NCBI GenBank assembly: GCA_965235115.1
Contig: OZ249436.1
Coordinates: 17,734,001 to 17,798,000 of the forward strand
Reading direction: 5' to 3'
From: Laetmonice hystrix
Taxonomy: Eukaryota
DNA: 64,000 nucleotides
The notes beneath the pieces were generated by a model. It did not search any database. It was given only the letters and a program-made list of their open reading frames with translations, and was not told the origin of the DNA. Of the stretch, positions 51,003 through 64,000 are shown piece after piece. The position numbers were made by a program, and so were the translations under genes. Numbering within the stretch: position 1 is the stretch's first letter; every line of letters starts with the position of its first letter.

Positions 51003-51240
51003 GTGGGTGTTGTTAGTGTAAGCATTTCCGCAGAGCTGTCAGTGGCGTATTCCTACTCGACACTACGGCGCAGTTGGATTTCAAAATGGTGGGGATGTTG
51101 GGTTAACCAACGTTAGGCACTTGTCAAAACGTCAAACGCATTTCTTGCAAAATATTCAGATTGCTCACCGCAATAGATGCAATTCTTAGACTAGCCTATG
51201 TGCCATGCAGTGTCCTGATATAATGGTTTTGATGTTGCAG
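51003..51240 (+). other. mex3 intron (238 bp, GT-AG, phase 1)
   Basis: GTGGGT start and TTGCAG end; removal joins the two halves of KH1 in frame at GRQG|CKIK. Confidence 0.93.
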
Positions 51241-52742
51241 GGTGTAAAATCAAGGCATTGAGGGCGAAAACCAACACGTACATCAAGACGCCCGTACGAG
51301 GCGAAGAGCCGGTGTTTGTTGTGACGGGGCGTAAAGAAGACGTGGGGGCCGCCAAACGGGAGATTCTGTCGGCCGCCGAGCATTTCAGCCAGATACGGGC
51401 CAGTCGCCGTAATAACAACACCAACGGGTCTGCTGGTTCGCTAGCCCCCGGCCCGCCTAGCCCCAACGCCCCGGGCCAGGTGACCATTCAGGTGCGGGTA
51501 CCGTACCGCGTGGTCGGGCTGGTTGTCGGTCCCAAGGGCGCCACAATCAAACGAATCCAACAACAGACGCGCACCTACATCGTGACACCGAGTCGGGACA
51601 AGGAGCCTGTGTTTGAAGTTACGGGCACGCCGGAAAATGTGGAGAAGGCACGTCAAGAAATTGAAAGTCACATTGCGTTGCGGACAGGGGGCATGGTGGA
51701 GGCCAACAATGGGATGGCCGGGGGGTCAGTGCCCCCTACCCCCGGACCGCACACCCCAGCGGATGACGACTTTCACAATAATGGGGTGGAGTCTGGGTTT
51801 CACGATTTAAGCAACGACATGATGGCATCAATGTACAAGCCTCCAAGTTCTAACTCCGCCTTTACCTCCTATAACAGTGCACTCAACACAAGCAATAACC
51901 TATTGTCTCACGCACACCATGGAAACCACCACAATCGTACACAGCATGCAGACAGCCACACCCCAAATATCTTCAACTTCCCAGCCATAGCACCCAATGC
52001 CAATACAAATGGATCAGCCAAAATCTCAGACTATGCGCCAACACTCACTAATGGCTTCAGCAATGGCTTCGGATTGTACGACAACGATGAAGGTATCGCC
52101 TCGCCAAGTTTTGATGCCGGTCACATGTCTGTATGGCAGGATATGGGTTCGGGTGACCATTGCAAGATGGGAAATGGCAGTCAAATTTTGTTTAATCCAG
52201 CTCACTCCAGTGTGGTGGCCACGTCTGGTGGTTGTGCTCCACGACGATGCAGCAGCATCAGTAGCAGTACCACGCCCAGGTTGTCGCCAACTCTCACTGA
52301 TTCCTCTAGCAATGCTCCGGTAGGTTCCCCGGGCAGCGGGGCGGTCACTCCTGGAAGTGACCATTCAACAGTACGTCGCATTAGGAGTGATCCCCTGTCC
52401 GGCGGACTTTCAGCAATGACCTTTGCACCCCTTTCGAATGGTGTACTGGGAAACAACCCTGGCTCTGCGTTTACCATCACTACTACCTCGAGTGGCAGTC
52501 TCTCTAGCAGCAACAACAGTACTTCCAGTAGTCCGACCGACTCAACCGGATCTGCGAACGCCAACCGAAGACGGCATTGCCTGATGTGCAACGACAGTGG
52601 CGTGGTGGCAGCTCTGGTACCCTGTGGCCACAACTTGTTCTGTATGGATTGTGCCAATCTGATTGTGGACAAGCCTGAAGCTGACCGCCGCTGCCCTGTC
52701 TGCCAGCAAACCCCGACTCAGGCAATCCGTATATTTTCTTAA
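51241..52742 (+). CDS. mex3: mex3 coding exon 2 (rest of KH1, KH2, low-complexity linker, C-terminal C3HC4 RING)
   Basis: Acceptor GTTGCAG| at 51240. Splicing restores G-C-K-I-K-A-L-R-A-K-T-N-T-Y-I-K-T-P. KH2 reads VTIQVRVPYRVVGLVVGPKGATIKRIQQ; RING reads CLMC...PCGHNLFCMDC...CPVC; stop TAA at 52740-52742. Spliced CDS is 1743 nt, 580 aa. Confidence 0.97.
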
Positions 52743-54400
52743 TTTTACACTGCGACCTTCACACTACAGTTGATGAATCTGTGCGACCAGAACTGCGATT
52801 GGTGCAAGCAAAAGAAGCCAGTGAGACGACGAGCCATTGACCACATTCATGATTCATGGATAGAAGATGGCCATTGAGGTGTTGTCTGGGTCATTCATCA
52901 TTGTGAGACCTTGATGTGGTCATGATGAAGTGACGCCATGCTACGAATTGGATACATACACAGAAGCATACCCTACTGTTGCTGCATTCAAGTGGCATGC
53001 ATTGCATTACCAAGATATCTCATGAGATTATTATTCATACTTAGCTACTACTACTGCGGTACGTACAACTGTTTCACAGTTTCTCTAGCAGGATTGATAC
53101 TGGTTGCTCGATTATGTAGTGACATTTCCCGTTGGAGATTGTTCTGCAATCGTTAACGTTGCTCGCAAGGATTTGGATTTGATTCTAATGTAATCAATCC
53201 AGGTTTACGAATGGACAGCCCTGATCAGTGGTGATCCTGATATCATCGAAACTTAAAAGTATTATATGACATTTACAGAAGTATTTTATTCTTTGAATTG
53301 CAAAGTTTAATGTTTAAATAAGAGAGTCTATTTCGTACTACAGAGAATGTTATATGATTCAATGATTAATTTAATTTGAATATACTATACATATATATGT
53401 GGCCTACTTGGGCCTCATCAGCTTTATTGCAATGATCTATAGACTGGCCTCATTTGCCCAAAAGTCTATAAATAATACATAGAGATGCAAATTCTTAATC
53501 ATCTATGAATATGTCAATGTAATAATGTATTAAGTTTGGGATATGAATATCAGAATATTATATTATTATAATATAAAATGAGATTTGGTTTTAAAAAAAA
53601 AATTTATATTTTACCCAGCCAAATATTTTATAGTCCATAAAGAGAGGATAGACTTTATTTTATTGTATATTGTGAAAGATGGCCCTGAAGGGCGTTTATA
53701 TGTGATCAAAGATGCAGTTTATGCTTTCTAAAATAATATTATTTGTATAAATAGCAAACTGACAACAATGATGATTTGTTGCACAAACCATAGTTTAGTA
53801 TTTTCTATTTTAATATTATTATTTACGACAGTTCTGTGTATATGTGGGTGTGGAGAGAAAATATGACGTGGGAGATGTAAAACAAAGCAAACAAAAAAAA
53901 ATACAGAGATATTTTTATTTTGTGGCCCAAAGGAAAAAAAAGAAAAAAAAAGAAAAAAAAAGAAAGCGGCCTGATACTAATATTATTATATTTGCTGAGA
54001 CTGAGGATTATAACATTGTAAGAGTTTTATTTTTCTGCCATTAAAAGGAAGTTCTATGACAATATAAAAGCGTATACAGAGTATTGATTTTTATAAGATG
54101 AACCAATTCCAATTGCCAAGTGGAAGATTATGCAGTGTAATTGGCTAACCAATTCTAACTCAGTGTAGGCCCATCAATTGGTGACAAGTCAGTTCTCAGG
54201 AATCGAGAAGAAGGTTGGGCAGTGACAAGACGTTGGCAAAGCTGGCTGTTCTCAAAGTGCTGCCCCAGGTTTCTGATACTCGGTAAAGAGCTTCACAGTT
54301 GTGGTTACCGTGCTTCCACTTGGCTCTCATTTAAAAAGTAAACCAAAAAAGATGAGATATAACAAGCCATGTGCTCATTGGTAAATTAAAAAAAAGTATT
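52743..54400 (+). promoter_or_regulatory. Probable long AU-rich mex3 3' UTR (end uncertain)
   Basis: Composition becomes strongly AT-rich after about 53250, with ATTTA and TTTTAT motifs. Variant poly(A) signal ATTAAA at 54040 and about 54385; no canonical AATAAA noticed. Confidence 0.5.
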
Positions 54401-55053
54401 TTAGAATTGATATAAATTAATAGCAATGATAGGAAATAAGGAATTTGTATGTGAAAAGTCAAAAGGGCCAGTATTTTCTGCTACTCCCTTTGCCTGAGGT
54501 AGAAGTTGTAAGCTGATAATTTTATGGTAAAACAATGACACATCTCTATTTCAAAAGTAACCCTCAGAATTCAATTGGTCACGGAAATTGACTTGAATAC
54601 GACGTCTAACTAGTGCTAAATGTAAGACTAGCTGATCAATGGTGATGGCTTGACGGTGCCAGGTTACCAAAATGTTCTCCATCCGTTTGATGCTATACAT
54701 CTACCCGGTTGAGTGAAAAATGTGTTTCATGAAGGCTGTATAGTATGTTGGTATACATGTGATAAAACAGTCTATACGTAATATGGTGTACTACTAGGAG
54801 TGACTTAGATGGGTGTTAACAATTCTGATTATATTCTGATCAATTACAAAGTGGAAGTGTGTGCAGTGAGGCAGAAACGTTGGATCAGGTTTCACGCAGG
54901 TCAGAACATGGCATAATCTAGGCAATGCTAGATGCATGGCTGGACAGTCTTCCCCCCCCCCCCTCCCCCCATTCCCCAACTCTCTACCTCTACTCGGCCA
55001 TATGTGCCTGGTATTCCTTGTCTTCGGCTGGCCCACATGATCCGCCTGGCCTT

Positions 55054-55651
55054 CTGTCTGCCAGGTGGGCTGTCAGTGAGAGTGTTGTCTGCCAGGTGGG
55101 CTGTCAGTGTTGTGTGTCAGTGCTGTGACCTGCCAGGTGGGCTCCCAGTGCTGTCTGTCAGTGCTGTCTGCCAGGTGGGCTGTCAGTGAGAGTGTTGTCT
55201 GCCAGGTGGGCTGTCAGTGGCAGTGTTGTCTGCCATGTGGGCTGTCAGTGGCAGTGTTGTCTGCCAGGTGGGCTGTCAGTGGCAGTGTTGTCTGCCAGGT
55301 GGGCTGTCAGTGAGAGTGTTGTCTGCCAGGTGGGCTGTCAGTGGCAGTGTTGTCTGCCAGGTGGGCTGTCAGTGGCAGTGTTGTCTGCCAGGTGGGCTGT
55401 CAGTGGCAGTGTTGTCTGCCATGTGGGCTGTCAGTGGCAGTGTTGTCTGCCAGGTGGGCTGTCACTAGTGTCAGTGGCAGTGTTGTCTGCCAGGTGGGTT
55501 GTCAGTGTTGTGTGGCAGTGTTGTCTGCCAGGTGGGTTGTCAGTGTTGTGTGGCAGTGTTGTCTGCCAGGTGGGTTGTCAGTGTTGTGTGTCAGTGCTGT
55601 GACCTGCCAGATGGGCTCCCAGTGCTGTCTGTCAGTGCTGTCAGCCAGGTG
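55054..55651. repeat. Minisatellite, about 31-bp unit
   Basis: TGTCTGCCAGGTGGGCTGTCAGTGGCAGTGT repeated; related degenerate TATCTGTCAGGTTCC units at about 56666-56832. Confidence 0.92.
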
Positions 55652-57224
55652 ACCTGGCAATGCTACTAACAGTAACACTGGCAATTCTAAGGTGGTTGGG
55701 GACCTGGATGTAGCTGAATGACCAAGTCCCAGGTGATTCCACAGGCACTGTTCTATGCCCCACTGTGCACCCACAGTCGGAGAGAGTGGGTCCGAGTGAC
55801 CTCAGTGCCAAAGTCACACTAAGCCATGTTTGTTGGTACACCGGGCCACTGGGAAACTTGTGTGAAGGGGATATTGCATGATGGCGCAAGGTCGATATGG
55901 TGTTATGTGATGATAATTAATAGAGCCTAGAGCATGGCATTACACCGCCAAGACCTCGTGCTGCCATGCCCCATTCCCTTGAGCTGAAAACAGCGTCAAT
56001 ATATTATTTGAACCCGGTCGTGTAGCTAGTGCATTATGGATGATAATCACTTCGTCACATCCAGGAACCACAATTAGGACCGTTGTTTTCTGAAATCAAC
56101 CCTGGGGTGGAAGAGTCAGAAAATGTCAATTGTCAGATTGAAACGAATACTTTCATTAGGAAGGCATTATCTGTCAAAACTTTGTGTTCATTAATATGAA
56201 TTGCTGATCTAGCACTGGGTGTGCACCAATACAAACAGTTACGGTCCTGATTTAACTCTCAATTAAGCTTTTGAATATAACTAAGTGCTTGATAAAATAA
56301 TAAGGACTGAATATTGGGTATGAAATTGAAATGCCTGAAGACGACTTGGAAAATGGGTTAACATGGCCAGAACTTCAGTTGTCAAAAATTCGGATTGGTT
56401 TAAGGTTGATTTCAGTAGATCATGGCTCCAATTGAAATTTATTATCTCTGAAGTAGATTTGGTTTCCAGTTAAGGTCGTACACATGTTGTCTTCCTGGCC
56501 AGTCTCGCCGTCGGTAATAAATTTATCGGACCAGTTTCTTGGTGAACACTTTTTAATCTGTTAGGTTTGTTTCTTGGTAAACAAATCTGTCGGGACTGTA
56601 GCAGGTATTTAAACAGAAATATGTCGTATTTGTCATGTTTGTCGGTGAACAGATAGTTCATGTAGTATCTGTCAGGTTCCTGAATGAACGGATAATGTAA
56701 ATTATCTGTCAGGTTCCTCGGTGAACTGATAATTATATTTAAATTAGATCTGTCAGGTTCGTCGGTGAAGAGAAAAAAACATAGTCATATTATCTGTCAG
56801 GTTCCTCAAATTGTTGTGTATTGTCTGCCAGGTAGTTATAGATCTATAGGTCGGGTTCCCAACTATACACAGTCTGTGTGCTGGTTCTGCCATGGTAGAT
56901 GATCATAATCTCTGGATGGTCATTGGTCGTGCTATCTGCCAAGGTACAGTCTGATGTCGTAAAATCTACTTTCCTGCTGGTTTATGGTGTGATTGGTAGT
57001 CAGGGTGGCCGGGTTGGTTCCCTTCTACAATATTAACCACCTCTGCTTGGTGTAATGTGATGGATAGGGTAAGATATTGTTCCTAGGTAATTCATTATCT
57101 AGATCTAGGCCATGGGTAAATTATCTGTCTGGGTTTAGGAATTCTCAGAGTCGTATACATATTTCACAATCCACAGTAATTATGAGCTGTGTTCCTCCAG
57201 GGTTTCAGGATCATGCTGCACGGT

Positions 57225-57586
57225 TTATCTCAGAGGTTGATGGGTAATGACATGGTGATGTCAGAGGTTGGTGGGTAATGGTGTGGAACCTTATTTCAGA
57301 GGTTGGTGGGTAATGGTGTGGTTATCTCAGAGGTTGGTGGGTAATGGTGTGGTTATCTCAGAGGTTGGTGAGAAATGGTGTGGTTATCTCAGAGGTTGGT
57401 GGGTAATGGTGTGGTTATCTCAGAGGTTGATGGGTAATGACGTGGTGATGTCAGAGGTTGGTGGGTAATGGTGTGGTTATCTCAGAGGTTGGTGGGTAAT
57501 GGTGTGGTTATCTCAGAGGTTGGTGAGAAATGGTGTGGTTATCTCAGAGGTTGGTGGGAAATGGTGTGGTTATCTCACAGGTTGGT
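57225..57586. repeat. Minisatellite, 31-bp unit
   Basis: TTATCTCAGAGGTTGGTGGGTAATGGTGTGG repeated about 11 times. Confidence 0.92.
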
Positions 57587-59420
57587 TGAAGTCTTTATTT
57601 AGATGACATTATTAGGTAATAATGAAGTTTATCGGTGTGGTATCGTGTAATGGTGTGTTATGTTGATGTGGTGCCATGGTAATGATGTGGTGCTACTATC
57701 TGTCTACCTCTCCGGTAATTCCATCTCCTGGGGTGGGGGTGGGGAGAGAGAAAGGGGGTAACGTAGTTTTAGGTTTCTGGGGTAGGTTCCGACCAAGGCG
57801 AGGTTCTGCGGTAGTTCCCGTATCGGTGATATCCAAAGGTGCACCCGGTAACTGAGTTTTAGATGTAATCTATAGACACTGGCTGTGGATCATGTAGCCA
57901 GTCAAACTGACATGGTTTAATATGGTATATAAACCGCCAGCCCAGCGGTTCTGGGTGTGAGCCACGAGTACTGCCGATCAGTCCGGTCCCACCACGCCGG
58001 CCGCTCGACAGGCTAAGTCAGGCCGCAGAGCTGTACAGTGTATTGGGAACTAAGCCAGGCTTCCACTGGCCAGCTGGTGGTCAGACAGTCCTTTGTGACC
58101 CTCAGCTGGTCAGCAAAGTGATTTCATGGCTCCCAGCCAAGGCCAGCGCCACCAATACAAATTGGGTTTGAGCCGGACCGAGGCGAGAGGGAGAGGACGC
58201 CCCCCGCCGGCCAAACGGCCAGTATTGACAGTGAAGTCATCCCACCGACTGCAGCGCCAAGAACTGGGCCGAATTGCTTTTGTCAGCAGCCTTGAGAGAT
58301 GTCAACAAAATCGAGATCCGAATTGCGAGAAGTATTGCATTGTATGGCCAGTTGTAATTATTGATTTCCTTTACCGAGTAGGGACAAAAACCAATCCAGG
58401 CTGAGGGAAAGCACGCGCAGAAAACCATTGACAGAGTGTGACCAGTTGGAGTGTGAAATTTTCATAAGACTGGTTGTCAAGGGAACGGGGCTGGGGCAGG
58501 GGGTTGGAGTGCCGAGTTATAATTAATTGTGGCAAGCTTTAATTATGAAGAGGTTGTGGGTAGAAGTGGTGGATGGTGAGATAGAGGGTCTGTCGTCCAC
58601 AGGGGGCTGGCAATGGTCGGGGGGGTGGGGGTGGATGGACGCCGGTACAGCTCCTCCAGCCACGCTCCTTCAGCCACCTTGAAACAACCTTCACCGACTC
58701 CTCCAGCAAGGAGACTGCGGCGTGGACTCCTGTGCCCGCCATAATGATGCGTACACTCACCCACAGAATGGGCCGGGCGGGCGGGCGGGCGCTCCGGGCA
58801 GTCGGGGCCGCTCGCCCCCCCCCCCCCCCCCCCCCCGGCCGGGCCGTACCCCCGGGAGGCCCGAGCGGGTGACCGGCCGCCCCAGTGTCGGCCCGGCTAG
58901 AGGTAGCATTTGGTTAGATTGGTGGTTGATGCCCTGCCTATTGACCGGCCTTTGTGTGAATGTGTCTGGCAGTGGCTGCTGGCTGTGTGCACCACGTGGG
59001 TCGGCAGCGTCTGTGGCGGCCGTAGTAAAGTAGGTCAGAGCTGTGAGGGTGAGTCAGTCGGCGTGCACGGCACGTCAAAACGGCACGCCGCACGGCACTC
59101 CGGCTCGTAAACAACACGCGCTCAGCCCGTGCTGGCTGGTAGATCATTCACCGCGCCCGGGATAAGGTCTGAGACAGTCTGAGCGAGAGGTCACGAGGTC
59201 AAGTTAGTACCCGTGTCCTCGGTGGATATCAACCTCAGCGTTATCAGAGAGACTTGGAGACTCGGGAGGTCACCCGGCAGATGGTGAAATACCCCACCCT
59301 CCTCCACCCCACCTAACACCCCCAGGGTACCATGCATGACTGGCCAAGAAAAAGCGAGTTGTTTGTTGTTGTGTATGGGGAGGAGAACGGTAGTAAAAGG
59401 TGTGTGTTTGCTGGCCATGG

Positions 59421-59926
59421 TTCGGGTGATGTGTCCTGGTGGGTGGCCCTGAGTATCGCCCAGAGATGGCAATGGTTGGATCCTCCGACTGACATGGACT
59501 GAGGTGCGCAGGTACTTGGTGGTAATTGTGATGGTGGAGGAGTCAGCACAGTGGCTGCTAGCCTGAGTAACGCCCAGAGATGGCAATGGTTGGATCCTCC
59601 AACTGACAGGGACTGAGGTGTGCACGTACTTGGTAGTAATTGTGATGGTGGAGGAGTCAGCACAGTGGCTGCTAGGGGCCGACCGTAGTGTCAGCCACAC
59701 CAAACCTCACAATACATAAGGCATGTGTATTCGGGTGATGTGTCCTGGTGGGTGGCCCTGAATAACGCCCAGAGATGGCAATGGTTGGATCCTCCGACTG
59801 ACAGGGACTGAGGTGTGCAGGTAGTAGTAATTGTGATGGTGGAGGAGTCAGCACAGTGGCTGCTAGGGGCCGACCGTAGTGTCAGCCACACCAAACCTCA
59901 CAATACATAAGGCATGTGTATTCGGG
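59421..59926. repeat. Irregular tandem triplication (about 115-190-bp units)
   Basis: CGCCCAGAGATGGCAATGGTTGGATCCTCC...AGTCAGCACAGTGGCTGCTAG occurs three times; the GGGCCGACCG...GTGTATTCGGG block occurs twice. Confidence 0.88.
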
Positions 59927-62900
59927 CGATGGATGATTCATGGTCCCTCACCCACAGGGCGGCCACAGACCTAGCCCCCCCCCCCACACACACACACACC
60001 TGGCCCCAGACCTGCCCCCCTACCCACACTCGCCCCCCAGGGCCTGCCAGGTGTGCACAGGTAGGTTTTTTATGACTGATTGGCCATCATTTATAGATAG
60101 TCCATTCTGAGTCACACCTAGGAGAAAGTGGGTCAGCAGCCAGAAGTCGCAACACAGATAGTTCGGCTTGGTGGGGTAGGGTGGGAGAGGGGGTACACCT
60201 AGCCACCCCCAGCCTCTAGCTGTGCTCTTTCTCCGTCATAATCTTAAACATGGCAGAGCCAGGAAGCTGACTTCACATCTATTCTCTCCTCAACAAATAG
60301 TGGCATCCTCCAACTTATTTACACAACACACACTCCGCCACTGCCTCCCGCCTAGCCGTTCAATATTCACAGATCTATATATTTTTCACGGAGGGACGAG
60401 TTGAGACTCGGTTGGTAACAGCCCGTCAAGATTATTGCACGGGTGAAGTAGACCTACTGAAATCTACAGTAATAATTTGACAGGAGGGAATCCTTATTTT
60501 TGTATCTGAGAGTCATCATGAGGTAGGAGCAAATGTAGTCTTCCATGTGGAGTGTTGGGGTCTAATGGCGGGAGAGGGGTTAGATTGTGGTCACTGGTGG
60601 GGTTTGTTTTATAGCGTCCTTGGTTGGCATCCTTCACATATTGAGAGATGGTGGGTGGGGGTTGTGGAGGGGGGATGGGGATGTGTCCCGCTGTCGGTCT
60701 GGTCATGTGTGTGATCATGAGCAGCATTGTCCAGGGCTGGCAATGACTTGTATTCCTCATTGAATTACAGCACAAATAGAGGGGTAAGTTGACTGCACTC
60801 ACTGTCTAGTATAACGGGTTGGTTGTGTGCGGTGAGTGGGCCGATTGGTGGTGTGTCGAGGAGGTGGTAGTCGGTCGGTATTTGGTTCAGTTTGTATCGG
60901 TCTACCTACAATCTTTCGGTCAGTCCGGGCCCCAGAGAACGACAGATGGCCGTGGACGGTGTGTGAGCTAACAGATGGCGGGAAGGGCGCCACCTGTCGG
61001 TGTTAGGTGGAATTTGTCTAATTGTGGCGTCAGTTTGTGACGTCATATCTTGGTGGCGTCTCTGTCGACGTCAGTTTCCGCCGTTTGCAGTGACAAAGTC
61101 TCTCAATCTAGTAGGCCTATTTCGCTCATTGTGTATGAGCTCTGTAGCCCTAAGTAATGTTGTTACCATGGTTTCATGTTTTCACCCCACCCCCACCCTC
61201 GTCCTCTCAGCCTTGAGGTGCCGCCTGTACTGACTGTATGAAATGCTGATCCAACAAAACTGCACTATGTGTACAGTAATATGTATTGTATACATCAATG
61301 AAGTAAGCTCAGTATCTTACCCTGATAGCCATGCCGAGTTTATGCTGCCACTCTAGACAAATTTCCCTTTTAACCCCAAGACTTGATTCTATGCAAACTC
61401 TGAAACCATAGAAAAATAGAGGGTGGGAATGGGTGGCCCTGCGGCTGTGGGCCGCTCAGCTGGAAGGTGTGGGCCACGGCCCATCAGACAAACATATCGT
61501 TTTGTGTACACTCACAACACACAGACACCAAAACACACACACATCAACACACCAACACACATTAATGGGCCCCTATGGCTGCAGATAAGTTTGTATTGAC
61601 TTGTGCTACTTCAATTTGCGCGCAGTGTCATTAAATTTCCGTCTTTGGCATACCATGAAAATTGTTCATCACAAAGAACAAATAGAAAAAAAACCCCGTG
61701 AACTGGTGAACGTTTTGTATGTGAATCTAATTGTTGCCTTACATGTGCTATAATGATAGTAATATTATAATAACAGGATACCAGTTCTCTGCGTGGGTCG
61801 CCTCTGTCGGGAGATTCAGGTCATCGACGCCTCCTCTCTGCTGGAGAGTGTTCTGAGGAGGGGTCACGTGAGGGTTGGTGTGAGGGACACGGCCCCAGGT
61901 TAGGAACATCTCGAGTGGTCCGAACCTGGAGGGGGATAGAGACCCCCCCTGCCCGCCAGGATAGACAGGTGACTGACAGGTGTCAATGCTTTGTCACTGC
62001 CACTGGTCTTGATGAGATAAAACAAGATGGGCTCAAAATGACCGCAGTGTATTGGTATGTGTGTACTATGACGTCAGTCACTCCCCACCGGGCTGCGCAG
62101 CAGTCAATGTACCTAGAGAAATATATTATATATGACTTGTCGAGTTCAAACCAGAGAAATTCTTCACATTATTCATAGCATACACAGGTCTGCTTGAAAT
62201 GCTAAGAAGCGGTTCTGCCTAGCAGGTGAACGTGATTGCTCTAACTTTCATGTTATGTAATGTTTGACATGTTTGTTCTTTACATTCAGCCTAGAGTGCA
62301 TATCATATGTTTCTAATTTATGCTGTTGTGCTATCTGTATGTTCATAATTTGTCAGTGGAAATGACTTATTTATATTTGCCCCGAAAATGCGCTAAAATA
62401 AGGAATGACATCAAGACAATACTGTTCTTTGGCAGTGCATTATTTATTGATATTTTAGTGGTATACCTTCAATTGCCTGCATGAATTTAATATCAGTATG
62501 TGGAAAGAAATGTTGAGAAATAAGAAGATGGTAAATTTTTGGAAGTACCTCACTTGAAATGCGTAAAACCATGAGCATGGTGTTGTAGTGGTGAGTGAGG
62601 GTTGGTTGGGTGGCTGTGCACCATTTTAGTTTGTGTGACCTGTACGCATAGAGCATATTGAACCGTGGCTCAGTAAGGGAAGGTGTGGAGTAGGCTCACC
62701 TGCCCTTCACTGGGCCTCCTGGAACCTAGGTTGTCATGCCAACAAGGTCAGCTAGGTTTGTGTGAGAAATGCGCGTAGAATGCCGGCCATCGTGTGACCC
62801 GGGCCGTGCGTGTGATGACGAGTAGTGTTTGAATCGTGGCCCACCTGCTTCTTGTCGCCACACTCAGCAACACCTGTCTAAAACACGTGCACAGCGCGGT

Positions 62901-63388
62901 GGACCGGAGCGGGGGGGGGGGGGGGGGCGCTGTGAATCCACGCTCGTATCTTCACGATTGATTGAATCTCTATCGTGGGGTCGATATGTAAAGTTCACAA
63001 TGGGCGCCTTGCTGACGCTTGGAGGGGTACGTCTGTGTGGGGCGAGTAATGCAGACGAACATTTCTATACAGCAGGTATTTATCCTTCACACGCAAACGC
63101 ACACATTCAACCTCTGCGCCCGTTCAGACTGGGCCCTAATTTCGGCGGTGTGCATTGTTCACTTATAAACCAGATCACTCCTCCCCACCTGTCTGGTGCC
63201 TGGGTGAACGTCGGCTGAAATGCAAGGCCGTGTGGCCTGCCTGTTTGAACGGGCCATCGTGGTGTGGTCACCTGTAAGGGTTGTCATTTCTGGTGTTTTA
63301 CAAATAGCAGTCGTACCGCAAGGCCAGTGGCGTTGTAACGAAAACGGTTTTAACAGATTACAGAGTTAACGAAGGCGCCGTGAGCTGA

Positions 63389-63473
63389 TGTTCCCTAGGC
63401 GCCCGCCTGTGTTGTTCCCTAGGCGCCCGCCTGTGTTGTTCCCCAGGCGCCCGCCTGTGTTGTTCCCCAGGCC
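63389..63473. repeat. 24-bp tandem repeat, about 3.5 copies
   Basis: TGTTCCC(T/C)AGGCGCCCGCCTGTGT repeated. Confidence 0.85.
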
Positions 63474-64000
63474 CCACTGGGAGGTGTTGTCGGCCTCAGC
63501 GTCCACCAAATGCCCTTGGCCGTGGGACGACGAGGGAGAGGAGGGGGCACTGAGTGACCTGCCGGGTGTACGGAGACGATGGAGGCAGTGAACAATATAT
63601 ACGCCCACCCATGTAAGCCGCCAAACGACCACTCGATTTCACCGAAAATAGTTCTAAAGTCGAAAGTCTGAGCTCAGCGTACCCTATAGCTGTGTTAAGT
63701 AACTCTCATGTGAATTGGAAAGCATGTTTTTTGTGAGTGATCGAAGCAGTTCCTATGTTGGTATTGAGATATTCTGGTCATTTATTATCCATGAGCGTTT
63801 TAAAACCAATTTGGATGCTAATAAAATTTTGCATGTTTTTTACAGAATCTACCTGAGTTTGGTGCTAGATTTGTTTTTCAGTTTCAGTCGGCTGGGCTGG
63901 TATGTGCTGCTTATCTATAGTCATTTAGCACGGTAGAATTCAATCCAAAGAACGGCTACACTTTAATATGATGCCATGCAGGGCAAGATCCTCCGAGAAA

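Noticed and set aside
52026..52725. Antisense ORFs over mex3 exon 2
   Set aside because: Shadow ORFs of a genuine coding exon.

Overview
Repeat-rich, gene-poor eukaryotic DNA from an animal, probably an invertebrate bilaterian (taxon not determinable from sequence alone). The only protein-coding gene I can support is a two-exon mex3 (KH-KH-RING RNA-binding E3 ligase; join 50762..51002,51241..52742, 580 aa), with a compact GC-box/CCAAT/TATA/CRE promoter and a long AU-rich 3' region. The rest is non-coding: about 15 different mini/microsatellite arrays (the source of nearly all long ORFs in the track), a 2.3-kb G-rich low-complexity tract and many non-autonomous DNA transposons. These include a 1.9-kb PIF/Harbinger deletion derivative with a recognisable transposase remnant, inserted in a minisatellite, and a multi-level nest at 26.0-29.5 kb (TATGG-ended fold-back element with 6-bp TSD, a Harbinger-type MITE mirrored in both arms, a Kolobok-like TTAA element and a 5-bp-TSD MITE). 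The most unusual signals are a strongly over-represented TAGGCCTA palindrome that behaves like a small insertion at TA sites, the mirrored MITE in the fold-back element, and a chimeric transposon end. All calls were made by eye, without database searches.
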